64,000 nt of DNA. Source: Candidatus Gottesmanbacteria bacterium (GTDB lineage Bacteria > Patescibacteriota > Microgenomatia > UBA10105 > UBA927). The stretch spans positions 6,725 to 70,724 of the forward strand of contig JACRMP010000005.1 of the NCBI GenBank assembly GCA_016214885.1. The letters run 5' to 3'. Position 1 is the first letter of the stretch, and the number at the start of each line of letters is the position of its first letter. The position numbers were made by a program, and so were the translations under genes. The notes under the pieces were generated by a model that was not told the DNA's origin, ran no database searches, and worked only from the letters and a program-made list of their open reading frames with translations. Shown here piece after piece: positions 29,748 to 39,725 of the stretch.

Positions 29748-31757
29748 TCATGAACCATACACGAATATGACGCCTGACGAAGGCCATGAAACATTACCGG
29801 CGGCACCGGGTTTATCTTTCTTTTTTTTCTTGTTCTTTTTAAGCGGTGTGGAACGTGGTTTCCCGTGCTCCCTGAGGGCAGTTAAATACCAAATGATAGA
29901 TAATAAAAGCCAGGAGGGCTCCCTCCCGGCATCTACCCCGAACTCCTGAGTGGTATCCGTGTTGCGCGAGGCCTTTACCGCCTCGGCAGGATACGCCTGA
30001 TTGTACTTTCCGAAATCCACGAGCCACCACACGATGACGGCAATACTTAACGAACGGGCGGTCATATATATTTTCTTCTCATCTTCCGTTATTGTTCCGG
30101 AGACACTCTCTTTGAGAATAACAGGTGGCGGCGGTGCTTCATTTCCGGAAATCTTTTTTCTCTTAATCCGCGGGGGCGTTACATCACGCGAAAAGTGCCG
30201 CAGCATACGAAGGAGTTTTTCCATAACCATTGCGGGAAACACTTTGGTAACTTTTTCCCCGCTGCTTTGTTGCTGCAGCAGCTCACGCGTCGCCTGCCGC
30301 ACTTGACCTGCTTCAACCGGAACAGTCCGCAACACACGCTTTCCCGCCTTCTTTTCATTAAGCCCGCGGAGTAATCCCATAATCGTACGGACCGATAATG
30401 GTTTCTTTTTTTCCTTTCCCGGGGGTTTTTGCGGCAGTATTTCATCCGGAGTTTTTTTGCGAAACAGAGCCGCTTCGGGGATAACAAGCCGGGGTGTTTC
30501 CCGTGGAGCCGTCAGCCAAAGAATGATTGCCGCAGGAACCACTGCCGCACTTTCCTTATAGCGGAGAAGGGATTTGGTTATCCACCATTCTGCAGCTATT
30601 ACTTTCATGGACTCGGATGAGGCAGTTGTTGGGGCAACAGCAATACCTACCCGCTCCGACCGAACCGCTGCCGCAACAGCAAGCGGACTCACCTCTGTCG
30701 GGCTTTTGGTCGATACATTAAGCCTGCTATCTTTCGCTGCGGGCTGTTTATCGCTCTTTTCTTTAGGTGATGCAAATTGGTTAATCTTCCGGTCTATCTG
30801 TTCGCGCAAAAAAGTCCCCAGCTCAACCATGGAATGGGACATATCCCTGGCAATAGTGCTACCCATATCCGGGAGTGTTTTGCGGGAGGAAATATTCTCA
30901 CCGGAAACTGATTCGTAATATTCCATAGCCTGCGCTATGGCTATTGTCCGTATGTCCTCATCATGAACTTCCTTTTCGTAAATAAAAAAATGGGCATACG
31001 CTGCGGCATCCGGCCCAGTGCTGCCCAGCTGCTCGTTATGAAATGATGCGAGATGCTCAATAAATTTTTCCCCTTCTTCGTGGGTAAAATCCCTGCCGGT
31101 AGTTTTATACAAATCAACCTGTTTGGAAACAACACTCCCATCATCCGTTTTTTGCCAAACCTGCACATACCGCACCGCGTCAGGATGGGAAAGTACGCTG
31201 ACAAATCCTCTAGCACTCCCGTCGATAAACTCGTTCTGCATGGTTATCTGGGCTTTGTGTTCTTCCGGATTGTAGGCTGCCGGATTCCCGGTAAATTCCG
31301 CGTACTGGCGGGTGTGCTCCCATAATTCTGAAAGGGTAACCATTTTATCGCCGTATGCAGTAGCTAACTCCCAATTACCCTCCGCTGTCTGTACGGGTTG
31401 CCAATGAACAACAGATTCTTCATGGGCAATTTCCTTGTGTTCATACGACAGATCCTGCGCCAAACGTTTCTCAAAACGCTCTACTGCCGCTTGCTTTACC
31501 TGATCGACAGTCCACTGCGGATGCTCACGGGCGACCTCCGGTTCAATAAAATTTATCAGAGAGTAGGAAGCGGCATCTGAACTAAATGAATGGTCGCCGC
31601 GCCACACGGGGGGCTCATTTTCTTCAGTGGTATCACGGAGTACTGCAATACCCCGAAGCGTCATCCGGTCCGCATACCGCTCGCGGGCATCACGGTCTTC
31701 GGTTGTACGCGTATTAATTCCGGAAGATATAAAATATTCGGGAGAGGGTTTCTCCAT
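29748..31757 (-). CDS. hypothetical protein (669 aa) downstream of a cobalamin riboswitch
   Basis: Long ORF with AGGAGG RBS before ATG 31757; no recognised domain. Confidence 0.75.
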   Translation of the reverse strand: MEKPSPEYFISSGINTRTTEDRDARERYADRMTLRGIAVLRDTTEENEPPVWRGDHSFSSDAASYSLINFIEPEVAREHPQWTVDQVKQAAVERFEKRLAQDLSYEHKEIAHEESVVHWQPVQTAEGNWELATAYGDKMVTLSELWEHTRQYAEFTGNPAAYNPEEHKAQITMQNEFIDGSARGFVSVLSHPDAVRYVQVWQKTDDGSVVSKQVDLYKTTGRDFTHEEGEKFIEHLASFHNEQLGSTGPDAAAYAHFFIYEKEVHDEDIRTIAIAQAMEYYESVSGENISSRKTLPDMGSTIARDMSHSMVELGTFLREQIDRKINQFASPKEKSDKQPAAKDSRLNVSTKSPTEVSPLAVAAAVRSERVGIAVAPTTASSESMKVIAAEWWITKSLLRYKESAAVVPAAIILWLTAPRETPRLVIPEAALFRKKTPDEILPQKPPGKEKKKPLSVRTIMGLLRGLNEKKAGKRVLRTVPVEAGQVRQATRELLQQQSSGEKVTKVFPAMVMEKLLRMLRHFSRDVTPPRIKRKKISGNEAPPPPVILKESVSGTITEDEKKIYMTARSLSIAVIVWWLVDFGKYNQAYPAEAVKASRNTDTTQEFGVDAGREPSWLLLSIIWYLTALREHGKPRSTPLKKNKKKKKDKPGAAGNVSWPSSGVIFVYGS

Positions 31758-31784
31758 ACATAAACCTCCTGCTCGGGATACAGA

Positions 31785-31873
31785 TAAGGGGGAGTTCCGG
31801 ACTATTCCGATAATCATCGGATTACACCGTTGCGGCACAGTCCCCGGATCTCACGGGGTTCCTCGATCCCTTA
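31785..31873 (-). ncRNA. cobalamin riboswitch (compact, class II/variant-like)
   Basis: Closing stem TAAGGG/CCCTTA; GAGGAA-CCCCG-TGAGATC-CGGGG; ACTGT-GCCGCA-ACGGT; TCCGAT/ATCGGA; AGTCCGGAACT B12-box-like; directly downstream of pduO and nrdJ. Confidence 0.82.
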
Positions 31874-31890
31874 CAAATACTAGAACTCTT

Positions 31891-32442
31891 TTACTTCTTT
31901 TTTTCATTCCGGTCAATACCGGACCATGTCACTTCCACTATTCCTGCTTCGTGGTTGATAAACCTCGCCAGCATGAAAAATAAATCAGACAGGCGGTTAA
32001 GGTAAATAAGTATCCGTGCGTCAACGGGCTGTTTTTGCCCCAATGATACCGTCTGGCGCTCAACCCTGCGGCACACCGCCCTCGCCAGGTGGATTTCACT
32101 CGCTAGCTTGGTTCCTCCGGGAAGGATAAAATTTGTTAACTTCGGCAACGTGTCATCCAACACGTCTATCCGCTCTTCCATTTCCCCCACTCTCCGGGGC
32201 AATTCCTTAAGATCTGCTTTCCAACCTGCCAGATGGCTCCCTATCGTAAACAAATCTGATTGGATAGAAGATAAAAACACCTGTACATCAGGGGATTCCA
32301 GTTCGCTGGAGACTTTTCCGATCCATGAATTAAGCTCATCAATGGATCCGTAGACATCGACAAGCTCTTCACATTTAAGCACGCGCTTGCCGCCAAAAAG
32401 AGACGTGGATCCGCTGTCACCGGTTTTGGTATATATAGGCAT
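31891..32442 (-). CDS. pduO: PduO-type cob(I)alamin adenosyltransferase
   Basis: IYTKTGDSGST, YGSIDELNS, FILPGG, RAVCRRVER, YLNRLSD. Confidence 0.95.
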   Translation of the reverse strand: MPIYTKTGDSGSTSLFGGKRVLKCEELVDVYGSIDELNSWIGKVSSELESPDVQVFLSSIQSDLFTIGSHLAGWKADLKELPRRVGEMEERIDVLDDTLPKLTNFILPGGTKLASEIHLARAVCRRVERQTVSLGQKQPVDARILIYLNRLSDLFFMLARFINHEAGIVEVTWSGIDRNEKKK

Positions 32443-32451
32443 GAGTCTAGT

Positions 32452-34926
32452 TTAGCACTCTGAATAACCGCAGGAATAACATTTCTTGCAGGATTCCTCA
32501 AAAACCAGACTTCCTTCGCCGCACGAAGGACAAAGGTCTACTGTTACCATCCGCCGCTCGGTAAGCATCATGTGCGTAGCCGGTACTGTCATGGGTTTAT
32601 CCGCCGGCTCTACATTCGGCGCAGGTGCTACGGCAACCGCCGGCACACCAATTAATGCTGATCCGTGCCCGTTGCCGTTCCCGTTTGCCGTATGGCCATT
32701 TACGGGAGTAGCCTGCGGGTTTGCCAGCGGTGCATCGACCCGGTGCTTGGCAAAGAAACCAAAATGACGGTCTATGGCTTTTGCCACTGCGTCCGGAAGG
32801 GATCGCACCCTGTTTTCCCCAAATCCGAGACTTCTGGCACCGCCTATTCCGATAAGCTCACTTGCCACCCGGTGCGCACGTTCCATAGGAGAAATGGGCG
32901 AGGCCACACGCAAAACAAGAGAAATTAGCCTTCCCATCGCCTCAGCCATAGCGGTCACATCACTTCCTGCTTTACCGACATTTACAAATACTTCAAGCGG
33001 CTGCTCACCGCCGTTGGTATTAATGGTGATATACGCCTGACCCATTGGTGTTTCGATCTGATACGTTGACCCGTGTACCACTGCAGGCCTGGGCTTCACT
33101 TCCGCATTAAGCATGGGGGCTGCCACCTGTTTTATTTCCTCCTTTTTGGGCTCCTCTTCTTTGCGGGTGAGGACTCCTTCACGGCTTCCTTCCCGCATAT
33201 ATGCTATTCCCTTACAACCCAACTCATAAGCCAGCGTATACAGCCTTTTTACATCTTCTACCGTATGGGTTTTAGGAGCATTCACCGTTTTAGAAATAGA
33301 GGCATCGACATACTCCTGGATCGCTGCCTGGACGCGGACATGGTCTTCCGGCGTAAGGTCGTTTGCGGATACAAAATATTCAGGGCGCTCCGATTTGTCG
33401 GGATCCTTTCCATGCTCGGCTTTATATGCCTGAAGCCATGCTTCATACAGCGGATGCCGGAGAATGTGCTCTCCCAAACGGTCACGCCGTATGAATTCAA
33501 ATTCATACACCGGCTCAATACCGCTGGATACTCCCGCCATGAGCGACGTTGATCCCGTAGGCGCCTGCTGCAATACCATTGAATTACGTATACCGTGGCG
33601 CTTCATTTTTTTACGGATTGTTTCCGGAAGTTTTTTGATGAAATAGGCTTCTACGTGCTTGGCCTTATTTATCTTAGGAAACGCTCCCTTTTCGCGAGCA
33701 AGATCTACCGATGCATCGTATGCCGCATCCCGTATAGTGCTGTAGATTTTATCTATCACCGCAAGACTCTCTTCAGACCCATACCGGAGCTTCATTTTAA
33801 TGAGCGCATCTCCCAATCCCATAGTGCCGAGGCCGATACGGCGCTCACCATGAAGCTGGACTTCTTTTATCTGGTCGAATATATAAAAATCAGCATCGAT
33901 AATATTATCCTGGAACCGGACGCCGACACGGGCAACTTGGATTAAGCGCTCATAATCAAATTCCCCTTTGTCGTTAACGAGAGCCGCAAGGTTTATGGAA
34001 GTTAAGTTGCACACTCCCCAATTCGGCAGTCCTTCTTCTCCGCAGGGATTGACGCAGTTTACATACTCAAAATAAGAATTATTAAACCATTTATTGTAGC
34101 GCTCCATAAACACCACGCCGGGTTCTGCACTCTTCCAAGCGGCAGTTGCTACCAGATCCCACAGTGCACGCGCCTTTATCGTTTTATGAACGATGGGCTT
34201 CTTACCTAACGCTATCCAGTTGGGGAGGTACCCATCCCATTTAGTATCGTAGTCGGGATCCTTAGGATCAGGGAACATTAGCTGCCAATCGCCGTCTTTT
34301 TTCACCGCGTCCATAAACGCATCAGACACACACACGGAAAGATTTGCACCGTTAATGCGGGCCAGATCCTGTTTTACGGTAATAAACTCTTCGATATCCG
34401 GATGCCAGTCCCACAACATGAGCATGAGCGCCCCTCTGCGGCTTCCGCCCTGCTGGATGATATCTTTGGTGGCAACGGAAAATAATTCAGCCCAATTACA
34501 GGGACCCGATGAGAAACCGTTTACTTTCTGCACCCGTGCCCCCCGGGGACGCAGAGAAGAAAGATTTATACCCACGCCTCCACCGCGCGACATAATCTCC
34601 ACCATCTGCGACAGGGTGGTAAGTATTCCTCCGCGTGAATCGTGGGGACTTGGGATAACAAAGCAGTTATAAAACGTGACCTTATACCCGGTTCCCAATC
34701 CGGAAAGTATACGGCCGCCGGGTACTAATACAAAATCCCGCAGTGCGTCATAAAATTTTTCCTCCCAAACTTTCCGGTTTTCCTTTTTTTCCTGAAGGGC
34801 AGCAGCTCCCGCGACCCGCCGCCACATTTCTTCAGGGGTCTGCTCAATCGCCTCTCCCTTATCGTTCTTCAATGCATAACGGTCGGTGAATACTGTTTTA
34901 CGGATTCCGGTAAAGTTTGTGTCCAT
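32452..34926 (-). CDS. nrdJ: class II (adenosylcobalamin-dependent) ribonucleotide reductase
   Basis: NCFV, GGSRRGA, NPCGE, CNLTSINL, APTGS, C-terminal TSCPD-type domain and CxxC..CxxC. Confidence 0.95.
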   Translation of the reverse strand: MDTNFTGIRKTVFTDRYALKNDKGEAIEQTPEEMWRRVAGAAALQEKKENRKVWEEKFYDALRDFVLVPGGRILSGLGTGYKVTFYNCFVIPSPHDSRGGILTTLSQMVEIMSRGGGVGINLSSLRPRGARVQKVNGFSSGPCNWAELFSVATKDIIQQGGSRRGALMLMLWDWHPDIEEFITVKQDLARINGANLSVCVSDAFMDAVKKDGDWQLMFPDPKDPDYDTKWDGYLPNWIALGKKPIVHKTIKARALWDLVATAAWKSAEPGVVFMERYNKWFNNSYFEYVNCVNPCGEEGLPNWGVCNLTSINLAALVNDKGEFDYERLIQVARVGVRFQDNIIDADFYIFDQIKEVQLHGERRIGLGTMGLGDALIKMKLRYGSEESLAVIDKIYSTIRDAAYDASVDLAREKGAFPKINKAKHVEAYFIKKLPETIRKKMKRHGIRNSMVLQQAPTGSTSLMAGVSSGIEPVYEFEFIRRDRLGEHILRHPLYEAWLQAYKAEHGKDPDKSERPEYFVSANDLTPEDHVRVQAAIQEYVDASISKTVNAPKTHTVEDVKRLYTLAYELGCKGIAYMREGSREGVLTRKEEEPKKEEIKQVAAPMLNAEVKPRPAVVHGSTYQIETPMGQAYITINTNGGEQPLEVFVNVGKAGSDVTAMAEAMGRLISLVLRVASPISPMERAHRVASELIGIGGARSLGFGENRVRSLPDAVAKAIDRHFGFFAKHRVDAPLANPQATPVNGHTANGNGNGHGSALIGVPAVAVAPAPNVEPADKPMTVPATHMMLTERRMVTVDLCPSCGEGSLVFEESCKKCYSCGYSEC

Positions 34927-34928
34927 AG

Positions 34929-35384
34929 TTATTTCTTTTTAATTAATTTTCTAAGCTCCCCCTCGAATTCATCGAGGTCTACAAATTGTTTAAATACACT
35001 TGCAAATCTTATATAAGCTATCTTATCCAGTTTTTTAAGTCGCTTAGCCACCAATTCACCAATTTTCTTGCTCGTCATCTCGGTGGAGTTGCCGCCGATA
35101 AGCTCCCGCTCTACCTCATCCACAATTCTTCTGATGTCGCTTCCCTTGAGTGTTGTTTTGCCGCTTGCCCGCCAAATCCCGCGCTCCAGCTTCTCCCGGT
35201 CAAACGGCTCTCTTCTTGCGTCCTTTTTGATTACGGTCAATGGTACTGTTTCAATCCGTTCGTAGGTGGTAAACCGCTTCTCACATTTGCTGCAGCTTCT
35301 TCTTCTCCTCGTTACCGCAAGATCCTCACTGTCGCGTGTTTCTATAACCTCGGTGTCAGTATTAGTACAATAAGGACATTTCAT
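34929..35384 (-). CDS. nrdR: transcriptional repressor NrdR
   Basis: MKCPYC..RRRRSCSKC..RFTTYE, ATP cone, AYIRFASV. Confidence 0.97.
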   Translation of the reverse strand: MKCPYCTNTDTEVIETRDSEDLAVTRRRRSCSKCEKRFTTYERIETVPLTVIKKDARREPFDREKLERGIWRASGKTTLKGSDIRRIVDEVERELIGGNSTEMTSKKIGELVAKRLKKLDKIAYIRFASVFKQFVDLDEFEGELRKLIKKK

Positions 35385-35427
35385 TGGTGCTCTTCTCTTT
35401 TGGAACAGTATGTCGTGAAACCTCTAA

Positions 35428-35475
35428 ACACTAAGTGTGGTGTGCTATGAAATCCTAAGGCACTAATAGTGGGGC
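35428..35475. promoter_or_regulatory. tandem NrdR boxes
   Basis: ACACTAAGTGTGGTGT (35428-35443) and GCACTAATAGTGGGGC (35460-35475), 32 bp apart, upstream of nrdR-nrdJ. Confidence 0.72.
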
Positions 35476-35680
35476 GTCAACTGGCAACTTCTATATCAAA
35501 ATCACCCAATATAAAAAGCCAGCCTCGTGAAATTTTTTTGAGGGAAAAGTACGGTGAATATTGCCTAAAAAAATCAGATAAATTCTTTGTTTAGTGTTCC
35601 CAGATAAAGAAACAGTCATGTTTCACAATCGCGGGATATACACCTCTGTCTATCTATATATAGGTATCTGTACACCTTTA

Positions 35681-36232
35681 TTATTTAACTTCCAGTAATA
35701 ATTTGGCAACGCGCGCACGGAGTGCCACTACAGCATCTGCACTCTCGCCGGCCATACGCAACACCTCCGCATGCTTATCTATGGATAAATTAATTTTTTC
35801 AATTATGTGCCCCGGAATGGTGCTCCCCGCCTTCTTGTATGCCTCAAGAAAATTGATTGCCTGAACCCGTGAAGCGAGTGATTCGGCAAACGCCGTCTTT
35901 GCCTCGCTTGTTTTACTCAGATTCTTAAGACTTACCCCCATATTAAGCTTTTTATCAGCCTGCAGAATATAGAATTCACCCTTACTCAGCGGATCGGCAA
36001 TAAGCATTTCTATAATCCTGTCCCGGAGGGTTTTGAAAAAATACATGGGGTGCGTGGGCAATATGCCTGGATAAGGAAGAATATACTCAACAGGCCCAGG
36101 AGTCGGAGTGACTGTGGGCATCGGGATAGCCGTAGGCTTCACCCCAGCCGGCGTAACCGCAAAAACCTCATGGGTAAAAAACAGAGGCACGATAAGGGTG
36201 AGGCACATAAACAACCTGATTATTTTTTTCAT
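35681..36232 (-). CDS. secreted hypothetical protein (DUF5667-like)
   Basis: Signal peptide, YILPYPGILPTHPMYFFKTLRD. Confidence 0.75.
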   Translation of the reverse strand: MKKIIRLFMCLTLIVPLFFTHEVFAVTPAGVKPTAIPMPTVTPTPGPVEYILPYPGILPTHPMYFFKTLRDRIIEMLIADPLSKGEFYILQADKKLNMGVSLKNLSKTSEAKTAFAESLASRVQAINFLEAYKKAGSTIPGHIIEKINLSIDKHAEVLRMAGESADAVVALRARVAKLLLEVK

Positions 36233-36242
36233 ATATCCCTCC

Positions 36243-36821
36243 TTAGTGAGATACGTTCATTGTACTCGTTTCGGTTGTATTGGCAAGTTTTGCTACATCT
36301 TCGGGTGCCACACGAAGAACACCGCAAACTTCCGTCTCCAGTGCTTTTACCAAAGGATAGCTCCGGTCGAGCACGTCACGCGCTGTCGCGGGCAAGTTCT
36401 CACTTCTCCACAAAGCAAAGCGCTGATCAACCGTGATAATCTCGTGCTTCACCATTTTGTCAGACAGATAAAGTAATTTCTGCTCAATGGAACGGGGTGC
36501 TATATTCTGATCGAGAATGGCATGGAGAGGATGTGTTTTGACGAGGTCGGCAATCAGCGGATAACCTGCCGCAGTAAGGATCCTTACCCCTGCATCCGGA
36601 TGCTGTTCATGAGGCAACTTGGGAACCATTTTATCAATATCATGAAGCAACGCGGCCGCCTCCAGAAGCGGTATGTTTATCTCTTTTACAGATCCTTCTG
36701 CCATTAACCGCTGGGCAAACCACACTGCCAGCCTGGCTACCAGCATGCAATGATTACGTTTCAGCGGGGGCAAGTTATGGGTATTCCATAACGCATCTAT
36801 TTTCTGCCGGGTCGGTATCAT
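36243..36821 (-). CDS. HD-domain protein
   Basis: H..AALLHDIDK..H..H..SDK. Confidence 0.88.
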   Translation of the reverse strand: MIPTRQKIDALWNTHNLPPLKRNHCMLVARLAVWFAQRLMAEGSVKEINIPLLEAAALLHDIDKMVPKLPHEQHPDAGVRILTAAGYPLIADLVKTHPLHAILDQNIAPRSIEQKLLYLSDKMVKHEIITVDQRFALWRSENLPATARDVLDRSYPLVKALETEVCGVLRVAPEDVAKLANTTETSTMNVSH

Positions 36822-36910
36822 TATGATAATTTTGACAAATTATAAAATAATAATTAAACAATCTAAGTATTCAATAATGAATACTATATATACCCATGAG
36901 GTATCTCCGC

Positions 36911-37525
36911 CTATTCCGCTTTGGGTTGACCGTTTAATTTGTAATACCCGATGGCCTGAAGCACCAATTCCAACGTTTGACCGGGTCCGTGAGAATAGGT
37001 ATTGATAACCAGGTCATAATACTTCGGATCCCAAAAATCCGAAACTCCGTACAACCGCTTCCATTTACCGATATTGGCATCTTCCCGCTCGCGTAGGTGG
37101 GTCTTTGCCTCCTCCACCGTCGCGTTATCCCGATTAACTATCCGGTCGATACGCAATGAGTCGTCGCACATCAACAACACCTTAAGAACGTGTGAATATC
37201 CCCTGGCATTCCATCCTGCAATCCAGCTTTCTACCGCCATATGGGTTTCCGGTTTGGCGATCTTTTCCCGTAGCGCCTGATCGATCTGGAAGTCCACCTC
37301 GTCTCCGTAATCAGTCGCCAGATGATGCTTGGGATCGTTCGGATCATGCTTACCGAGCTTGATGGAATACTGACGGGACCATTCCCCGCCGGAAAAAAAC
37401 TCCCACCCTAACGGCTCCAGGTGCGGACGGAGATTTTTAAGAAGCGTACTGCGACCGGCTCCGGGGCGCCCTGATATCGCGACACTGGAATACTTCAGGG
37501 TGACGGCCTTGGTCGGTTGATCCAT
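36911..37525 (-). CDS. cytidylate kinase-like P-loop kinase
   Basis: ISGRPGAGRST (Walker A with K>R), RIVNRD, YDLVINT. Confidence 0.8.
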   Translation of the reverse strand: MDQPTKAVTLKYSSVAISGRPGAGRSTLLKNLRPHLEPLGWEFFSGGEWSRQYSIKLGKHDPNDPKHHLATDYGDEVDFQIDQALREKIAKPETHMAVESWIAGWNARGYSHVLKVLLMCDDSLRIDRIVNRDNATVEEAKTHLREREDANIGKWKRLYGVSDFWDPKYYDLVINTYSHGPGQTLELVLQAIGYYKLNGQPKAE

Positions 37526-37634
37526 ACACGTATTATAGAATCCAAACAGAGCGAGTCAAGGGATGCAAAAGAATACCCCCTGCTATACGCCGGTAATGAT
37601 TGACAAAATACGGTATTCCAATACATACTATGTC

Positions 37635-38213
37635 ATGCGAATTCACTACCTATCCGTCGGCTGGAAAGACTACCACGCCCTCTCCCAAAAAATTGCGGCC
37701 GCAATTCTTTCTCACGAAAAACCCTTTGATATTATCGTGGCAATTGGCAGGGGCGGACTCACTTTCGGACACCTGCTTTCAGATTTTTTGCGCATTCCGA
37801 TTAGCTCCATCACCATCCAAAGCTATACGGACATCCAGAAACAGGGGGAAGTGCATATCACGCAGGAACTGTCTTCCAGCATCGATAAAAAACGGGTGCT
37901 CCTCGTTGATGATATTGCCGACACGGGTACTACCCTCAAACGGGCATTAGCATATCTTAAAACATTTCATCCTTCAGCCATCACTACGGCAACCATATTT
38001 TATAAACCGCATTCCAGCCTGCGCCCTGATTACTTTGCCAAGCAAACGAAACAGTGGATTCTCCAACCGTTTGAAGTGACGGAATGGGTATATACGTTCA
38101 CCAAAAAAATGACGGAGGAAGGCAAATCAAAAGCAGAAATCCAGGCATTCCTCGAACAACTCGGCTACTCCGCCGACCAGATAAAGTTTGTACGCCGCCA
38201 TCACCTAAAGTGA
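37635..38213 (+). CDS. purine phosphoribosyltransferase (Gpt/Hpt-like)
   Basis: AIGRGG, PRPP motif VLLVDDIADTGTTL, PDYF. Confidence 0.9.
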   Translation: MRIHYLSVGWKDYHALSQKIAAAILSHEKPFDIIVAIGRGGLTFGHLLSDFLRIPISSITIQSYTDIQKQGEVHITQELSSSIDKKRVLLVDDIADTGTTLKRALAYLKTFHPSAITTATIFYKPHSSLRPDYFAKQTKQWILQPFEVTEWVYTFTKKMTEEGKSKAEIQAFLEQLGYSADQIKFVRRHHLK

Positions 38214-38215
38214 TA

Positions 38216-39649
38216 TTACTTAGCGACTGATCCGTTTACTGAATCAAATCTGCCGATTACCCGGGGAAATTTGTTTGGTGTTCCGGAATTACTCACGGTC
38301 AGACTGACCGCACCGTTAGCGCCGAAATTAGCACTTTCTTCAGAACCGACTGCCACCCAATCTGTATCGCTATCTCCCGTCCGGTACCAAGCTCGATACG
38401 AATTTCCCACACGGGTCAACCGGAGTGTTGCTGCCTTTAACGTGGTCGGGACATCCACGCTCGCCCGCTCGGCAAGCGTACCGTCTGGGGCTCGCACCAC
38501 AAACACTATTTTACTTATATCTTTTCCTGCAACCCACCGTACCACCGCCGCCTCATCATCCACTGAACCCGCCGAGACAAACCGGAGGCCGGCATATCCT
38601 ACCCCATCCCCCACGACCGCAGGTTTGTATAGTTTTGCCTGCAGCGCAAAGTCTTTCCCCTCCGGAATAACCGGCTGTGTGCGGGTGAGGATCGCGTGGC
38701 GGCCTTTCCCTTCCAGCGCGCCTGACGGCATGGACATAATCAAATTATCGTTTTTATTTTCGTACACCTGGGCTCCGTCTGCCCTGCTCACTTTCCAGCT
38801 GGCGCCTATGTTGCCATTGGCAAAAGCATCAGAAAAGCTTTTTTTGGTAGACGGATCCCCTTCCCAGGCTATAGAGATTTGATCAAGCCTGCCCGCCACT
38901 TTCGGAAATTTACCAGCTACTCCACCGTTATGGGTGGATATTGATATACTCCCTTCATTACCCAGTGATGCATCTGTTTCATTACCGAGCGCCACCCAGT
39001 TCTTATCTCCCGTTGTATCGTTTCCAACTTTATAAAATGCCCGATAGCGTTTGTTTATGCGGTCAAGACGAAGGACGGCAATATTGCTTTTGACCTCGGC
39101 CTGCTGTGTTTCCATCCTTTTTCCGTCTGCGCCGTTTACCAAAAACGAAATTTTACTTGAGTCTTTGCTCACCTGCCACCTCACCACAGCCGCCTCATCA
39201 TCATCTTCGCCTTTGGATGAAAACCGGATTGCGGTTATTCCGGTTCCTTCGCCGGTAACAATCGGCTTATATACCACGGCCACTGCCCGGAAGTCGCCGT
39301 TATTTTTAAACAGTTCTTTATAGGTAAGCGTACCAGCTTTCACTTTACCTCCGACGCTTCCCTCATTCACATCAACCCGCAGATTGTCTGCTTCTGTTTC
39401 CGCAACAGTGACTCCGTCGGTTTTTGCCACGGTCCAGACATCTTCATTTACTACCCCATCCTTAAACGGATCCATAAACGATTCCGTCACTTTAGGATTT
39501 GCCTGTGATGCCTTCGTTTTATTTATGGTAGTCACCAGATCGGAAAAACTTCCGCTCAATACAAACACGGAAGCCAGAATCACCAACAGGGTAACAAAGG
39601 ACACTACGGACACGAGATTCAGTGATGCAGGGGAAGATGCTTTTGCCAT
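38216..39649 (-). CDS. membrane-anchored protein with two tandem beta-sandwich (ConA/lectin-like) repeats
   Basis: N-terminal TM; duplicated blocks (YKP.V.G.G.G, DDEAAVVRW, LRL.R....YRA.Y, KFP.V.GR.D). Confidence 0.7.
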   Translation of the reverse strand: MAKASSPASLNLVSVVSFVTLLVILASVFVLSGSFSDLVTTINKTKASQANPKVTESFMDPFKDGVVNEDVWTVAKTDGVTVAETEADNLRVDVNEGSVGGKVKAGTLTYKELFKNNGDFRAVAVVYKPIVTGEGTGITAIRFSSKGEDDDEAAVVRWQVSKDSSKISFLVNGADGKRMETQQAEVKSNIAVLRLDRINKRYRAFYKVGNDTTGDKNWVALGNETDASLGNEGSISISTHNGGVAGKFPKVAGRLDQISIAWEGDPSTKKSFSDAFANGNIGASWKVSRADGAQVYENKNDNLIMSMPSGALEGKGRHAILTRTQPVIPEGKDFALQAKLYKPAVVGDGVGYAGLRFVSAGSVDDEAAVVRWVAGKDISKIVFVVRAPDGTLAERASVDVPTTLKAATLRLTRVGNSYRAWYRTGDSDTDWVAVGSEESANFGANGAVSLTVSNSGTPNKFPRVIGRFDSVNGSVAK

Positions 39650-39725
39650 ACTATAATTACTCCTTTGCTCTTACTCCAGTAAACAATGTTCGTGGATGTA
39701 TGTCAATAAAAACTGTACGGAACCA

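Noticed and set aside
32452-34926. Possible intein or intron in nrdJ
   Set aside because: Length and motifs are continuous; the low-complexity stretch near the C-terminus is a linker.
36866-36885. Palindrome agtattca-ataa-tgaatact and tiny ORF MGIYSIHY
   Set aside because: AT-rich context makes chance likely; no supporting terminator or codon logic.
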